DNA of 64,000 bases. Source: Phoronis australis (lineage: Eukaryota > Animalia > Phoronida). The DNA lies in the NCBI GenBank assembly GCA_002633005.1, contig NMRA01000267.1, positions 286,464-350,463 on the forward strand, in the 5' to 3' direction. Below the pieces are notes generated by a model. It had not been told where the DNA came from, searched no databases, and saw only the letters and a program-made list of their open reading frames with translations. The position numbers and the translations under genes were made by a program. Below are positions 50,874 to 64,000 of this stretch, in pieces. Positions within the stretch are counted from its first letter, which is position 1; the number at the start of each line of letters is the position of its first letter.

Positions 50874-53800
50874 TCTGAATTATCTCTTAGATCATCTTTA
50901 AACTGAATTGACCAATTTGTGAAATTTTTTGGTTTGAAGCCAAATATCAAGAAAACAAGATGCGTTTGGATTGGTTCAAAAATACTCTTACGAAAAACTT
51001 TGTGTCAATGAAAACATGTTATGGACTATCAAACCTTTCATATTTTTGGGAATCAACTTCTCCACTGATTATAATACAATACCAGATATTAACTATAGTG
51101 GCAGTCTTTTGGGAAGTAAGAAAGTGGTGGGCTCTTTGTCAAGAAGAATTCTTACTGTTTTAGGTAAAATAATCGTGGTTAAGACACTTTTATTGACCAA
51201 GATTGTTCATTTGCTTCAATCCCTCCCTAGCCCCTCCATGATTCAAGAATTAGAGCGAAAGTGGTTTAAAAATAGTTCATGCTTGCTTTTTATTTAGTCT
51301 TTGAAAATATCATGGCTTCGTAAGCTATTCACCTCAAATACCAAATGTGACCTTTTGGGTTGTAAAGTTGATAACATTTTAAAATGGTGGACACTTTCCT
51401 TAAAAAAATAGCTGAAGGAACCGACAATCTGTACTGGAAGGAATTGCGCTCCTTTTGCAAATGTGTGACAAAAATGAAAATATTATTTACTCTCCTCTGT
51501 GGTATAATTCAACGATTAAAGTCTGTAGAAAATCTATTTTCCACAAGACCTGGTATGAAAGGGGAGTCTATCGTGTGTATGACTCGTTTAATGCTGAAGG
51601 TTCTTTTATGTCATACGAAGAACTCTGTAACAGTTATAACTTTCAAGCTACAATTCTAGAATTCTATGGATTAAGAAATGCAACCTTTGCAGCGTACAGT
51701 GGTCTTAAAGCCTAACTTCAACGGAATTTTGTTATTTTAGATGTATCGGGCTAACCAGATAGTCCTACCAAAGCTTTAGTAAAATAAGAAAACGCGAGTT
51801 CAATCACGAAAATGTAAGCCCGTCAAATGATAAGTGAGGCTCCCTTTTCGTGCCATGTTGCAACACTGCGAGACCTCAGCACAAACAACAAAAGGTTGTA
51901 TTGAATAGGTGACGTAGACAAAAGCAAGCCAATACGCCTAACAGCTCGTTACATTTGGCAATATATGGCACTAGCGGGCTCAGAGCGATGCCCTTAACAT
52001 ACTCGCGGAACCAAATTTACTGTGTTAAAGATAGGCTTTAAGAATAGACCAGACAATGTCTTTTTACCAATTTTTCCAAGTTACACTAATAAAATTTTGC
52101 ATAATAAATCACAAGCGGTAAATAGTTATGACACCTCAGTACAGACACTTCAGACAGCTTGGAAATATAGAAACAAGTGGTCATCTGAGATAGATATAAA
52201 CATTGGTATAAAGAATGTTAATTTTAGTGACCCTAATACATGGTGAAGAAAAGTAAATAAACTCCCCTTCAATTGTACAAAAGATACAATATTGTGTTGG
52301 CTTCTATACCGCGTAAGTCACGGAATATTGACAACCAATAAAAACAAGTGATTTATACTCTTTCTGTGATGAACACAGTGAAACTTTTCTCCATCTGTTT
52401 TGTCGTCTTGTCTCCCATTTCTGGCTCCTGTTTGCTAAATGTTTAAAACAAACATATCATGTAAATTTCCATTTGGACAAAATAACAGTCTTTTTTGTTC
52501 TTTGGGAAACACTCAGTCGGAAAATTGTAACATTAATATGTTGATCATAATACACATTTAGCAAAAAGTTTGTTTAAAAAATCTCCATTTTCAAATGTTC
52601 GTAAACTCTATTAAGTTACATCCTGAAGAAAATACGGTACTTGTTGTCTAGTGATTTAATGTTATTCTTTGTAAATGATGAACACTGTATTGTCTCATGT
52701 GACATTTAATAATCGTGCTAGAGCAAAATAAAAATATTAAAAAACTAGCATGGCTGGGGCCACTTATGAAATTCGAACAAATTTTACTTCATATTCAAAT
52801 CAAATCGCTTTCAAAATCAACAACTTTTGGAGCACATCTATGAGACTGGGTACAGAACACATTCATCATGTCTAGTAAGTTTTAAGAGCAACTTGGCAGC
52901 CGGACCAGTAAATTTTCAGACTAACTGGCCCGGCGAGCCAGCACACTTATTTGCTGAAATTCGAACACTGCTACCAAATTATTATGACCGGATCGGAAAT
53001 TATCACATGTGTAATGAGCTTTTTGTTTTTTAGTCTAATTTGTATCATTAAACCATTTGACGTGCTCTGTTGGGTACGTATGGAACGCCACTAGCATCAC
53101 CTTGTGACGGGTCTTTTCTGACACGTGACGAGTCATTTCTAACACCCTGACACGTCACTGATGCGTTTTACTTTTTAGTTCTTTAAAAACAAACAACAAC
53201 AGACCACCATTTCTCACAAAAACAACTTGTAGCATACCGTGTATTCACTGAGCATTTGAGAAAAAGCACTGCCTCGCATAAAACACAACCTACACAATAG
53301 CCTGTCTCCACTGAGCAAGACTATATAACCTACTGGTACATCTTCATTGATCAAGCAAATATCACCTACAGGGACTCAACAAGTGTAAGCACAGCATTGT
53401 GAAAATCAATCCAAGGTCACAGTGATCCAGTCCTTGTCACTATCAGGATTGACCTCCTTTGTTTGGATAAACAGTCTTTCATTTATAACACTTTTGACTG
53501 TACATGTTATTCTAACGCAGAAGCCACCGTTGTACTTTTGCAGAGTGCTACACTCCACAGGGGTGGATTATGATTCATTTACATGTAATTAATGCGAGTG
53601 TGCATGTAAACTTTTTCGTTATTTGACATATGCAAAGTGGAGTTCCTGATGACCTTTTAGGCTAGTCAGATGTCGGGTCAGTTGGGGCGTAAACTGACTG
53701 ACGTCGAAGAATACGTCATCGCTGACCAAACGACATTGGCTTATTGGTCGTACAGTAATGGGGCGGTAAATTGCCACACTTGGAAATTGCATTTCGAGTC

Positions 53801-54992
53801 AACTCTGACGCGCTACGATGACTCGTAACGTGTCAGAAAAGACTCGTCAGAAGGTGACGCTAGGGGCGTTCTACAGTTGCGACCGCTGATGTGTCCATTA
53901 ATGCATCTGTTCAATAATGCATTCAGGATTTGGTTTGCGCATGCGTTCGTCTTTCCGGTTCTACGGAGTTCTGGATCCGAGAACTCAGTTTTTTATTTTT
54001 AAACTTTTTATAACAGCATCATTTGTGCCTCGTATCTTGTTTACCTTGGCAAAAAAGATAAAAGGCAATGTCGGTAATGAGGGTGAGAATCTTTCAAAGA
54101 GTAGTGAGCTGGATTATTTTTAAATGTGCAAACGTAGGAGATTTTGATGGCCTGCAGCGAATGCTGTGTGAGCTTAGTTAGACAGTGACCACCGTCTAGA
54201 GACGGTGTAGCTGCTATCGGAGCTTCATACGCCGGAAGCTTTTCGGTGAATTATGCCTCACACTGACTAAAACATCAAAGTCACGTTGTTATAAATACCT
54301 TTTGCGCATAGAGGGACACCTTAGCCACTTCCGGCTGCTTTATCAGATCGATGGACGCAATATTGTGCAATAACACACCTATCCAATAATGCATCCACAG
54401 CCACTTGCGGTTGCTTTATCAGATGGATGGCTGGATGCAGTATTGTGCAGTAACACACATGTCCAATAACACAACCAATAGCGTAAAGTACACCCTACAA
54501 CATTTCTTAACATGTGGGAACCCCCTGGATGACCTATTGGACAAGTGTCTAATTGCGCAATAAGTCATCCATCCCAGAAATTAACTGAAGGGGTTTGCAC
54601 ACATCTGAGGATTGCTAGAACTGTCTCTTTTGTGAAATTTGACAACACAACAAATAGTGTCAAGTACACTCCACAAAATTTCTTAACATGTGGAGACCCC
54701 CTGTATGACTTATTGTACAACTGTCTCATTACGGAATAAATTGCCCATCCCAGAAACTAAATGAAGCGTTTTGCATATATGCGAGGATTGATAAAACTGT
54801 CACTTTTGTGGAATTTGGCAACCTAGCCAATAGTGTCAACTACGCACATGGTAGGAAACCTAGAAAAAAGTCGATTGACACGTACTACAATATTCCATAA
54901 ATGTTTTAGCCTGGTCCAGTAAACGGGGGAAGAAAGTGTAAAAATTCAGCCTCTGATCAGCACGAGATAACGCACTAACGGCAAAAAAGATA

Positions 54993-55817
54993 AATATAGA
55001 TTATTACATGGAAAAGTCGTTATCCCCCGTTATCTAGAGCCCGAGGGTGATAATTCTCAAAATCCACGATGGCTCTAGATAAGGGGGATAACGGCTGAGA
55101 ACATGTAATAATCTATTTATACCACATAATAAACGAGAAACATTGCAATGAATCGATTTAACTTTTCTGACTCTCCACGGCTTTGTAACTACTCTCTATG
55201 TCAGAGGCCCGGGGTCGGAGGTCGTGACCTTTTAACAAAAGCCGGGCTATTTTGGTCAAAAAATGCTTTTACCCAAACCAATTGAAAACTTAAATATAAT
55301 AGAAATAAATTGAATTCATAAATTAAGGTTTGTCAACTATTATACCTTAAAACACGTTTTTTTTTCACGCTAAGCTTCGACCGGGAAATTATCGTCTGCT
55401 AAAGTAGGTTACCACTGGTAACTGAATATAATTCTCAAGTCAAAGATCCTGGCAACACGATATCCGCATTCAAACTGGAGATCGGTGATTTACAACTAAG
55501 AGGACATGAGAGAAGAATTTCACTGAATTAACATATTATTTTTATGGAAATTATGCGTCTTATTTTTCGTAGCGTATAAGTACATACAATGCGGTTTGTT
55601 GAACATGGGGTTATTGCGCGTGCTCATTTAAGTATTCTATTTTCACTCTTGATGACATCAGTCGCTGCGTGGTGTAGTGGTAAAGTCGGCAACTCCAGGG
55701 TTCTGGGTTCGACTCCGTCCTCGGTTTCCCGCTAAAACGCTATCTCACTAGTGAGATAACTTTATGGGTTATTACACGGTTGTATCTGCCATTTGACGCT
55801 AATATTGTGGTATAATA
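54993..55817 (+). mobile_element. Crypton-like/tRNA-cassette repeat, full-length copy
   Basis: 5' hairpin, TTATACCACA...TGTGGTATAA inverted repeat, intact A box TGGTGTAGTGG and B box GGTTCGACTCC. Confidence 0.75.
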
Positions 55818-55956
55818 AGTAGTTAGGGAACGCTCCTAGAGCCAACATGTCAGCCATATGATTTGAGGAAAGGGCTTGCCAACAAAAGATAAAGAATTAA
55901 TGGCAGTAGCCAGAATCAAGACTATCACGGATTAAGTTGCCAGACAACATCGCAAT

Positions 55957-58900
55957 GGGGCTATTCGGAGAATTCTCCTCGTAGTGTCGCTGCTGTACTA
56001 GTGGTGATTGAATTGCGCATGCGTGGCTGTCTGCATGTAAACAACTGGTAAAAGATGGAATTTTTATCAAAATACGTCGTCGCGCTAAGTCTTATTACTG
56101 CTAATTTCCCTGGTGCAAGTCTTCGACAGGTGGCCACAAATTCCCAAAAGACCTAAGGTTACTATATTCGTGGACAATTGAGGTCAACAGGGTCAACTAA
56201 CTGACAAAAAGTGTGTGGGTGCTGAAGCCCCGTGTGTGCTCTATGATTATGCAGTTCCATTCGGAAACTACACAGCATTAGTTGGTAAGTTTTTAGCAAT
56301 CAGTTTCTATCAACAGCGTTCGGTGATGTTATCCCCACCAGTTACCCCACTGAATAACAGTTTTATTGAGTGGAACTAAGTGTTTCTTTTTGGAAACTCA
56401 CCCGATGCCGGGTAGGCTAGCAGCACATATTCATATTGTCCTGGGTGGGAGTGCTACCAAAATAAGAGGTGTATGATACGTGGTGCACAGAAGTCAAGAG
56501 TGACTTTTTCACAGCAGTTTCTCTTCAAAACTATGCTCTTTCCAATGAAATTCTCTAGATGAGTGAGTTTCCTTATTTTATCGTGGACCCCACCCCCAGG
56601 ACCACCAGGTCAGTTATCGAATTAACATGAATAAGCCTTAATTCAGTAAATGTCGTAACATTGCATTGGAAAAAAATTGACACCTATAATGAATTTTACT
56701 TGATGAGATCAGAAGCACATTTTAAGTGTCATGAAAAATACACATTGGTAAATCCCTTTTAGCCTGTTTCACATATTTTAATTCAGATATTAAATAAGAC
56801 TTGGGTACAAAGGTTATTAGTTTCTACACATAAACATGAAGATGAAATGTTAAGTATGTTCTGCCTTACAAAAGTAGTTTTGTCTTGTCTTTTCTTTTAC
56901 AATTTGCTAATATTTCTATTCTGTTACAGGCAAGAAAAAACAACTGAAACCAACTGCGTGACCATCTATTTCACCGTTGGACAAAGTGAAAAGCAATCCT
57001 TCAGCAATAACCTGAGAGAATTGAACGTAATTCAGAAATTCAGCACCTGATATGCCTGATTATGAACTCCCTCGCAATGTTGTTTCTTTCTGTGCTTTTT
57101 CAGTTTGCCATTTGTTTTTAAATACACTGATAATTGTTTATTCTCGAATCTTGTGCATAGCAGATTCTTATCCAGCTAGCTACAATTGAAAACATACAAT
57201 AAGACAATCGATGCAGTCACTGAATGTCATTTCCCCATAATCTGTACCAAATTGAAAAGTTTTTACCAATAGTATAAAGCCTTTCTTCTGAAAGGAAAAT
57301 TTAATGTCACTCGGCTTTTGGCTTTCATTTCACTGGGTTCTAGTTTCAATGGCCTATAGAAGTGCTTGTAAAAAAGGTCCACTTTCAACAAGTGGCTTTC
57401 TTTCATGTAACCTCATTCAGCCTTAATAACATCCACAATTAGACCCTTGAAGGTAAACACAGCAGCATATCACTTGAATCATTTTGAGCCCCAACTCAGA
57501 CACTGAACTAGACCAGAGTGTCACTAGGTCTTCTTTGGCTTCTGTCCCTCATATTTCTTCCTGGAAAGGAAATAAGCTATTATCCACACATGACTAATTG
57601 CCTATGAAAGGGCATCCTCACCAAGGAGGCTGGCTGGAGTAGCAGTCAGATATAGTTCGTCGGAATACTCAGACAGTCCACTGGCACATTGTCTTATGGT
57701 AACTTAGTACTGCGAACAGTTTTTCTTCTAATAGAAGATATGAAGACTTGGGTCATTTAAAAATAATGGATAATCTTTCTGTTGTTTAAGAGTAATTGCA
57801 AATCGTAAGGCACCATCAAAAATGCAATTTTCACAAAAATGGCAGTCATTTGAATTTATAACGACTTGCAACATTTCAAGGCATAAGTTAAGACTATTCA
57901 GTCACTGTGAATTCGGAAAATGTAATATATATTCGTGGTTTTACAACTGATACAAGTAGCAAAACAGTTTCATGAAATCAACTTGAAGGGACTTCCTGAA
58001 GGTTAATAATTATCTCACCATGCTTTTTTCCCAAAACATGTATTACCTGTTATTTCCACACATTCAGTTGTACCAAATATTACAACCCCCCCATGCCAAT
58101 CCCCCCTCGGGACCTGAATAAGTAATTTAACAAAATGACTTTAAAAATGGCTGTTCCTTTTCAAAGGCTTTGTTCATTGTCTCCAATATTGAAAGTAGTC
58201 TTTGACAACAAATCTGCACTGGATGGGAAGATCTTGTTGGTTAGCTGCAGTCAAATGCTAAAAACCAATTTTTCTCCATTCAAGGACGGTGCAGACTGAA
58301 GCGATGCATATCTCCTCTGCACGGTACAAGCCTTCAAACCTAAACCTAAAAACCAAAGGTTACGTGAAAACTGACGTGATAGATTTCCATTTCAACGTGT
58401 AATAGATTTCCAGAAGACATATGATAGGGAGTAAACAAATAGTCTAATGAAATGGATATTTATCACTCACGTACCCTTTGCCATTGGGATTGGATTGTAA
58501 TCTTAACTCATTAACCTGTATCGAGTTGACAGCATAAACATTCAGCATTGATTGATGTAACTGTCACTGATAAACTTTTAGAAATCATTCCAAACAATAA
58601 TAATGCTTTGATGTACGAAAAGATCCCGATTGCTACGTCAAGTATCGTATCACATATCACAACATACAAAGATTAACCAGACTCTGGCTGGCGGCTGACT
58701 GCCGAGAAGTCGACATCGGCGAGTGCCTCAGTTAACAGGCATCGGTAGAATAATCATGGAATATTCGTTAAAATAATCACAAACCTTACCTTTGTATGAG
58801 GTCGTGCTTATTTCCTCTCATAGAAGCACCTTTTTACGCAATCTCAGATTCAGTTGGCACGGCTGCAAGCCATTTCACCATGTATTTAAAGGGCTCGAGA

Positions 58901-58973
58901 AATCGAGGCTGTTAATCTATCACCACTAGTACACGCACGCCCTCTAGTTAATGTAGATTTTCTGAATAGCCCC
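55957..58973 (-). mobile_element. ISL2EU-type (PIF/Harbinger-related) DNA transposon, non-autonomous
   Basis: AT|GGGGCTATTCGGAGAATT...ATTTTCTGAATAGCCCC|AT. The empty site CAATTTCTTA at 11911-11920 supports a 2-bp AT TSD. Subterminal GTACTAGTGGTGA at both ends. SAP-like GASMRGNKHDLIQR and YqaJ-like remnants on the - strand. Confidence 0.85.
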
Positions 58974-61312
58974 ATTTCTTACGCATTTCTAAAACAATAC
59001 ATGCTTAAATCTCTTAGAAAAATACTCACAAACACCACTGACATTGTACTTTCTCATCTTTTCCCAAATACGTACATCACAGACACTTTTTGCATCTAAA
59101 CTTTGTGAACGACAGACCTATTTGGATGCACTGCGATGCATTATTGAGCAAAAACCGGAAGCCAGCGAAACGAAATCCAAACGCATGTGTAAAACACATC
59201 TTGGAAGCATTATTGGACAGATGCATTATTGGACATGACACCGCCATCCGCTGAGAGCCGTTCCTAAACCTAGCTGTTGGCTACTCGACCCAATAACGCT
59301 TACCAGTATACCGAAACTGTGATTGTTGCGCGTGCTCATTTAAGTATTCTATTTTCACGCTCGATCACGTCAGCTGCTGAGTGGTGTAGTGGTAAAGGCG
59401 GCGACACGAAACTCTTGAGACCCGGGTTCGAATCCGGCCTCGGTTTCCAGCCAAAATGTTATCTCACTAGTAAGATAACTTTATGGGTTATTACACGGTT
59501 GTATCTGCCATTCGAGGCTATAATTAACACATATCATGAGTTCGCACGAAACTAAAATGGAAAATGTCAAATGTAATTTCAAGTTCAATTTCGTATGCAA
59601 GGATTACACCTCGGGGACCTGGACTGAGAAAACAACGATGAGGTATGGCGAGAAGAGCTTAATTGGTGTTCATTTGATCGTCTTTTTATTAGTTGCCTAA
59701 AACTAATCAAATAGTTCTGTTATCTTAATTTGTACCCATTTCATCACGTCTGTTGCATAAACAAGTTCAGTCTGCTAACAACCTGTATGATGTCACTGTT
59801 GATTCACTCGAGTTTTGCTTGGGATTTGAAATGATTTGAAGTGCTGTGACTCTTTATTTGTCTTCCTGTCTACTGTCCACTTATAGTTCTACTCTAGAAA
59901 TAAACTTGTATGCACTGTGGTTACGGTGCCATATGTTTTAAAGAATATTATTCTTTCGTCCCGTCAAAAGTACAAAATCGTCGTCGTTTTCGGAATGCTT
60001 AACTGAGCATTAGAAACCCAGCTATCTTTATGAAGACTATATATTTAGTATACAGCTTTGCGCCAAAGCTAACTGAGCATTAAATTATTCGCATGCAAAT
60101 TATCAGGAAACTTTGTAAATTCTTGACGCGTGACAATACAACCAAAACTTTCTGGGAAAACTCGTTCTAATTTGGAAAGCAGTCTTTAGTTGTCCAGGAA
60201 CATCAACAGTCTGACAATTTCCGCGGTAATCAGTTTCCGTTCCCCTGAAAGGAAGTCAGGAACTGGCGATTCCGTAATAGCGGGAAAATTATAGTTTTTC
60301 CTGATTTTTTAATTTAGAATTTTGCATTTGTAAATATAAACTTTCAAATTTTCGGGTTAATGCAATAATGAAATAAGAATTACGTTGTTACAGAATCGAC
60401 AAGTTACTAATTCTATTCACAGTTTGAAAAAAGACGTTATTGAGGTGCATTTATAGTTGTTTATCATACATGATTCACCACAAATTTTGAAAGCCTGAAT
60501 TTAATTAGGCTCCTCAAAACTCTAGATTTGCAACTAAACGGAGATAGTCTAGCATTTCGAGCAAACCAGCTTTCTTATTACATGCACATCTTTGATGATA
60601 ACAAACCGGAACCCGGTGTTTACTCATTAGTGAATGTGAACATAATCTGGTGCAAAGGTATCCAGTCTAGCAAATTATCTTGACAAAGTAATTATAGGTA
60701 CAAATTGAAAGTCAGAAATTACCAGGGATCTGTTTCATGAAAATAATTTGAAACGTAAGACACTTCGCAATTGCTGACAAAACTAATAATGAGTTCAGTA
60801 CAGTCCAGAATTAATTAGTGGACATTAGCTCAGTTACTAGCAATTTTGTGTATGCTCTCATATAATTTGCACTTTAGCTCAAGTGAGAATTAATTATTTT
60901 TCACAAATAGTTTAGTGGAGCATTAAACCAAACCCCTGTCTACACTGTTTACTGTTTTAATTGTATTTACTTGCTGAAGCTACTTTTTGTTGCTTTCTGA
61001 CAAACACACTGACCTTTAATTTATAGCAGTTACCATTTTGAAATTGCATAGGCTTATCTGGACGTGGGCGTTTGGGAGGATGTCATAGTTTTGCCCGACC
61101 ATAGGTGTAGCGGAATTTGACGCCCTCTGCTGGTTGTCACCAACTTATCCCTTCCCCCGCTTGTCGATGAATCCACCAGTCCCAAATTGTTCCTTACTCA
61201 GAACTGATATTTTGAGACAAAGAACATAACCAGCGTTAAGTCTAGGCTTGGAAAGTGACTCAAAAGTTTAGTCAGAAACTTTGTCTTAGGCTTATTTCAG
61301 AAAAATAATTAA

Positions 61313-62970
61313 GAGTCAGTCCATATAAAAACCAGTAGATTTTCAAAAATCAGTCTATACGTCAAAATTTAAAACAACTTCATTTTTTGTACACGGGCAG
61401 GTATCCTAACATAAACCCAAATGCCAAATTTTGTGCACTCAATGACCCCTAATTTCGCCGCTGGAGCACGATAACACAAATTGGCACAATTGGGCATATT
61501 AGCGGTCTCAAAAATCGCATGTTTTCAGCAACAAAAATGAGTAACATACAAAATAGATAGAAAGCTATATTTTGGTGGCTGAAATAACCAACGTAAACTG
61601 TACATAATTCTGTGCCATTTATTAAAATCTGACAGTTTTGTGCTAGACAGGGGAGATAATCCACAGACCACTTTTTGGGGCTAATTTTAGTGGCCATTTT
61701 TGTGACCTTCTTACAGCCATAAAACACCTTGTAGCCTTATATGACGTTTTGAACGTACAGTTAAAGAGTTAGTCTTGATGACTGAGCGATAAAAAATCTT
61801 GCCTCAACTTTGCACCTTAGTGAAAATTGTCTTGCAAAACTGTCTATTTTCATAGTTTGAAAATGACGAGCAGACTTTATAGACCATTTGAACAAACTTT
61901 TAGGCAAGAAGTCTGCTTTAAATAGTTACAGAAACCAAGTCTAAACTCTTTCAAATGAAAATTAGATGTTTTCCGGGTTTATTATGCGACTACTATCAAA
62001 CCTGAACCCGAAGACCTTTGCCCACTGAGGGAGTCAGTTGAGGTTAAGCTTGAGGATATATAAAAATGTACGTGTAACCCTCTTGTATTCTTTCATTTCT
62101 TTTACATTATCAGGTTAATTTATACACTCTGTAGAAATTTTAAATGGAAATAAATGCCTTTAAGATTAAACGAGAATGAATTGATAGTTGTAATGACTGG
62201 TTTTGAGAGAAGCAAGTGCATTTTAAGTACTAGTCCACGAGAGCACCAGCCATGAGCGGCAAGGTGGGGGTCAGCCGATTTTCACCAAATTTGGCACATA
62301 GGTAGTCCTATGGGATCTATAAACAGCGGTAAAATATTTCCTCAAAATATTGCGTTTTTCTAAAGTTATAGGCTCAAATACATTTTACGGCTTCGCAGCC
62401 ATGTTTTCACGGTATAAAAACTGTCCAGTTTTAACTGTTCATATTTTTCCTTGAATGAAAGCTATTGATTTATTATTCACTGGGCATTGTTTAGTGGTGC
62501 CTGTAGATTGTTACACAAATGTCTTGAAACACGATTCCGATTTACCACCCTCATTTAGTAGTTTTACTACACTCCCCCCCGTTATGCCATTTTGAGGTTG
62601 TGTTCAGTACACTGCTGTACCAAATCTGCCCCCACTGTTATGAGAATTAAACTTAGCCAAAATGTTGACAAAACATGTTACTTTCATTTCATAAAATAAA
62701 AACTTTGTCAGCCAGTTTATTAGCTATATATTTTGGCACCTCAAATGTACTAAAATGAGAAATTTTCATATAACTGAAATCGATGCGTGAGCACCGTAAA
62801 ATCCAATTGTCCTTCATGTTTTTCGATATTTTGCAACAAGTTAGTTCCTCCTGAATGTTTTGAACGTTTTACTACTGATCACTTAGGGCTATAGTACCCC
62901 TAAATACCATACATGGCTCCATTTTGTAAAAAGCCGATTATGTCCTCCACAGTGCACAGGGTTAGACATG
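61313..62970. mobile_element. Probable TTAA-targeting DNA transposon starting GAG (Sola3-like); right boundary uncertain
   Basis: Duplication homology stops exactly at TTAA(61309-61312)|GAGTCAGTCCATAT. No matching right TIR is visible in the window. Confidence 0.4.
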
Positions 62971-63204
62971 AACTCGACAAATGTAGATTACATGTATTTT
63001 GATTTACAGTTGCTTTACTTTGCAAATTTCCTCATGGGTATTTCTTCACACATATTCAAGTCAGATTTTCTGTTGATCAAATGTTCATGCAATGCATTGC
63101 AATATCAAATGAATGATAAGTTAGGTTGCATGACCGCAATTTTTCCCACGACTTAAAACAAAAGACCGCAGAAATTTTCCTGACGAAATACCGGGTTTGC
63201 AGTT

Positions 63205-63644
63205 CTGTAAAAACATTCGAATGACAAGACAAACTCCACCACTGTCCATGGCAACTCGTCGCATGTTTTTCACCCATCGGTTCTATCATTGTTTTCCTTT
63301 GTTGTGTCATTCTTAGATGTAACAACACAGGTCGTATGGATATAGAACCTTGCGTACATCAGACCGTTGCCGATAAGTGCTCGTCATTATATCTTTATTA
63401 TAACAACGGAAACAATGAAGATGCTAATCTATTGTTCTCTATGCGACCAGGTTTCCAGTGGATAATCACAGAAGAGGAATCCCAAAGTATCCACAAACAA
63501 TGACCACGCACCTTAGTAACTATTACCGCGCACACGAATCCTTTCCGTGGAACCTGAACACCAAATTTTTATATCCGTGTATTGTGTTGTATTGCTCATG
63601 GTACGGGTTCAGACTCTGTTGTATTAAGATTCCAATCCCCAACA
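63205..63644 (-). pseudogene. Degenerate fibrinogen-related (FReD) domain
   Basis: In order, across frameshifts: GILIQQ...GYKN/KFG, GNGLMYARFY, TTKENND, ATSCHGQWWSLSCHSNV. These match FReD motifs W.+IQ.R, YK.GFG, YA.Y, ST.D.DND and CA...G.WW..CH.SNL. Confidence 0.5.
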
Positions 63645-64000
63645 CTGTAATATATAGTTTGAGTAAAATTTCTAGACAATGCAGGTTTATGGATTTATTC
63701 TCCTTCAAATGAAGAGTAAAAATCAAAATTCTGCACAGGTTTTTTAAAAGTAATCCCTTATTGGAAGATCACACATCTAAAAAATAAAAGAATGTTTGAC
63801 AATATTATTCATTATCTTATTTGAAAATTGTCTACCTCACAGACAACTCATCTAAGTTGAAAATATTCCTTGTGAAAAAATATAAAATACCAACCAGAGA
63901 CTTGCGTACTACAAAATATGTTTTCGTAATACAATGCAAAGATAACTGTACAGTCAAAAGTGCAAATGTTATGACTCTAATAAAAAATTGCCTTCTAGAT

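Larger units (their letters stand above)
46115..61312 (+). repeat. Segmental direct duplication, copy 2
   Basis: Colinear with 208-14286. Differs by a ~1.6-kb deletion in the CR1 (junction ~49112) and a 3017-bp insertion (55957-58973). Confidence 0.95.

Overview
Repeat-dense, AT-rich eukaryotic DNA, most likely from a marine invertebrate (inferred from the transposon families and spliceosomal introns). There are no prokaryotic operons, CRISPR arrays or rRNA genes. Host-gene content is one intact, intronless class A GPCR (26273-27223), a three-exon secreted Mucin2/CILP-type WxxW-domain gene that looks disabled in exon 3 (40330-43173), and a decayed fibrinogen-related domain near the right end. 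A ~14-15 kb direct duplication (208-14286 vs 46115-61312) consists almost entirely of nested transposons, and comparing the two copies exposes empty sites and target-site duplications (TSDs). Elements identified: Kolobok-type elements (TTAA, THAP and KolX/P2X7-like remnants), an ISL2EU-type element (AT TSD, SAP and YqaJ remnants), L1/Tx1 and CR1-group LINEs, an RNase H LINE fragment, a deleted Gypsy element with a tRNA-Ser PBS, several MITEs, and a hairpin-ended Crypton-like family carrying an internal tRNA-like A/B-box cassette. I found no convincing new biological system. The best candidates for follow-up are the tRNA-cassette repeat family, the WxxW gene and the atypical orphan GPCR. All family assignments come from motif recognition by eye, not from database searches.
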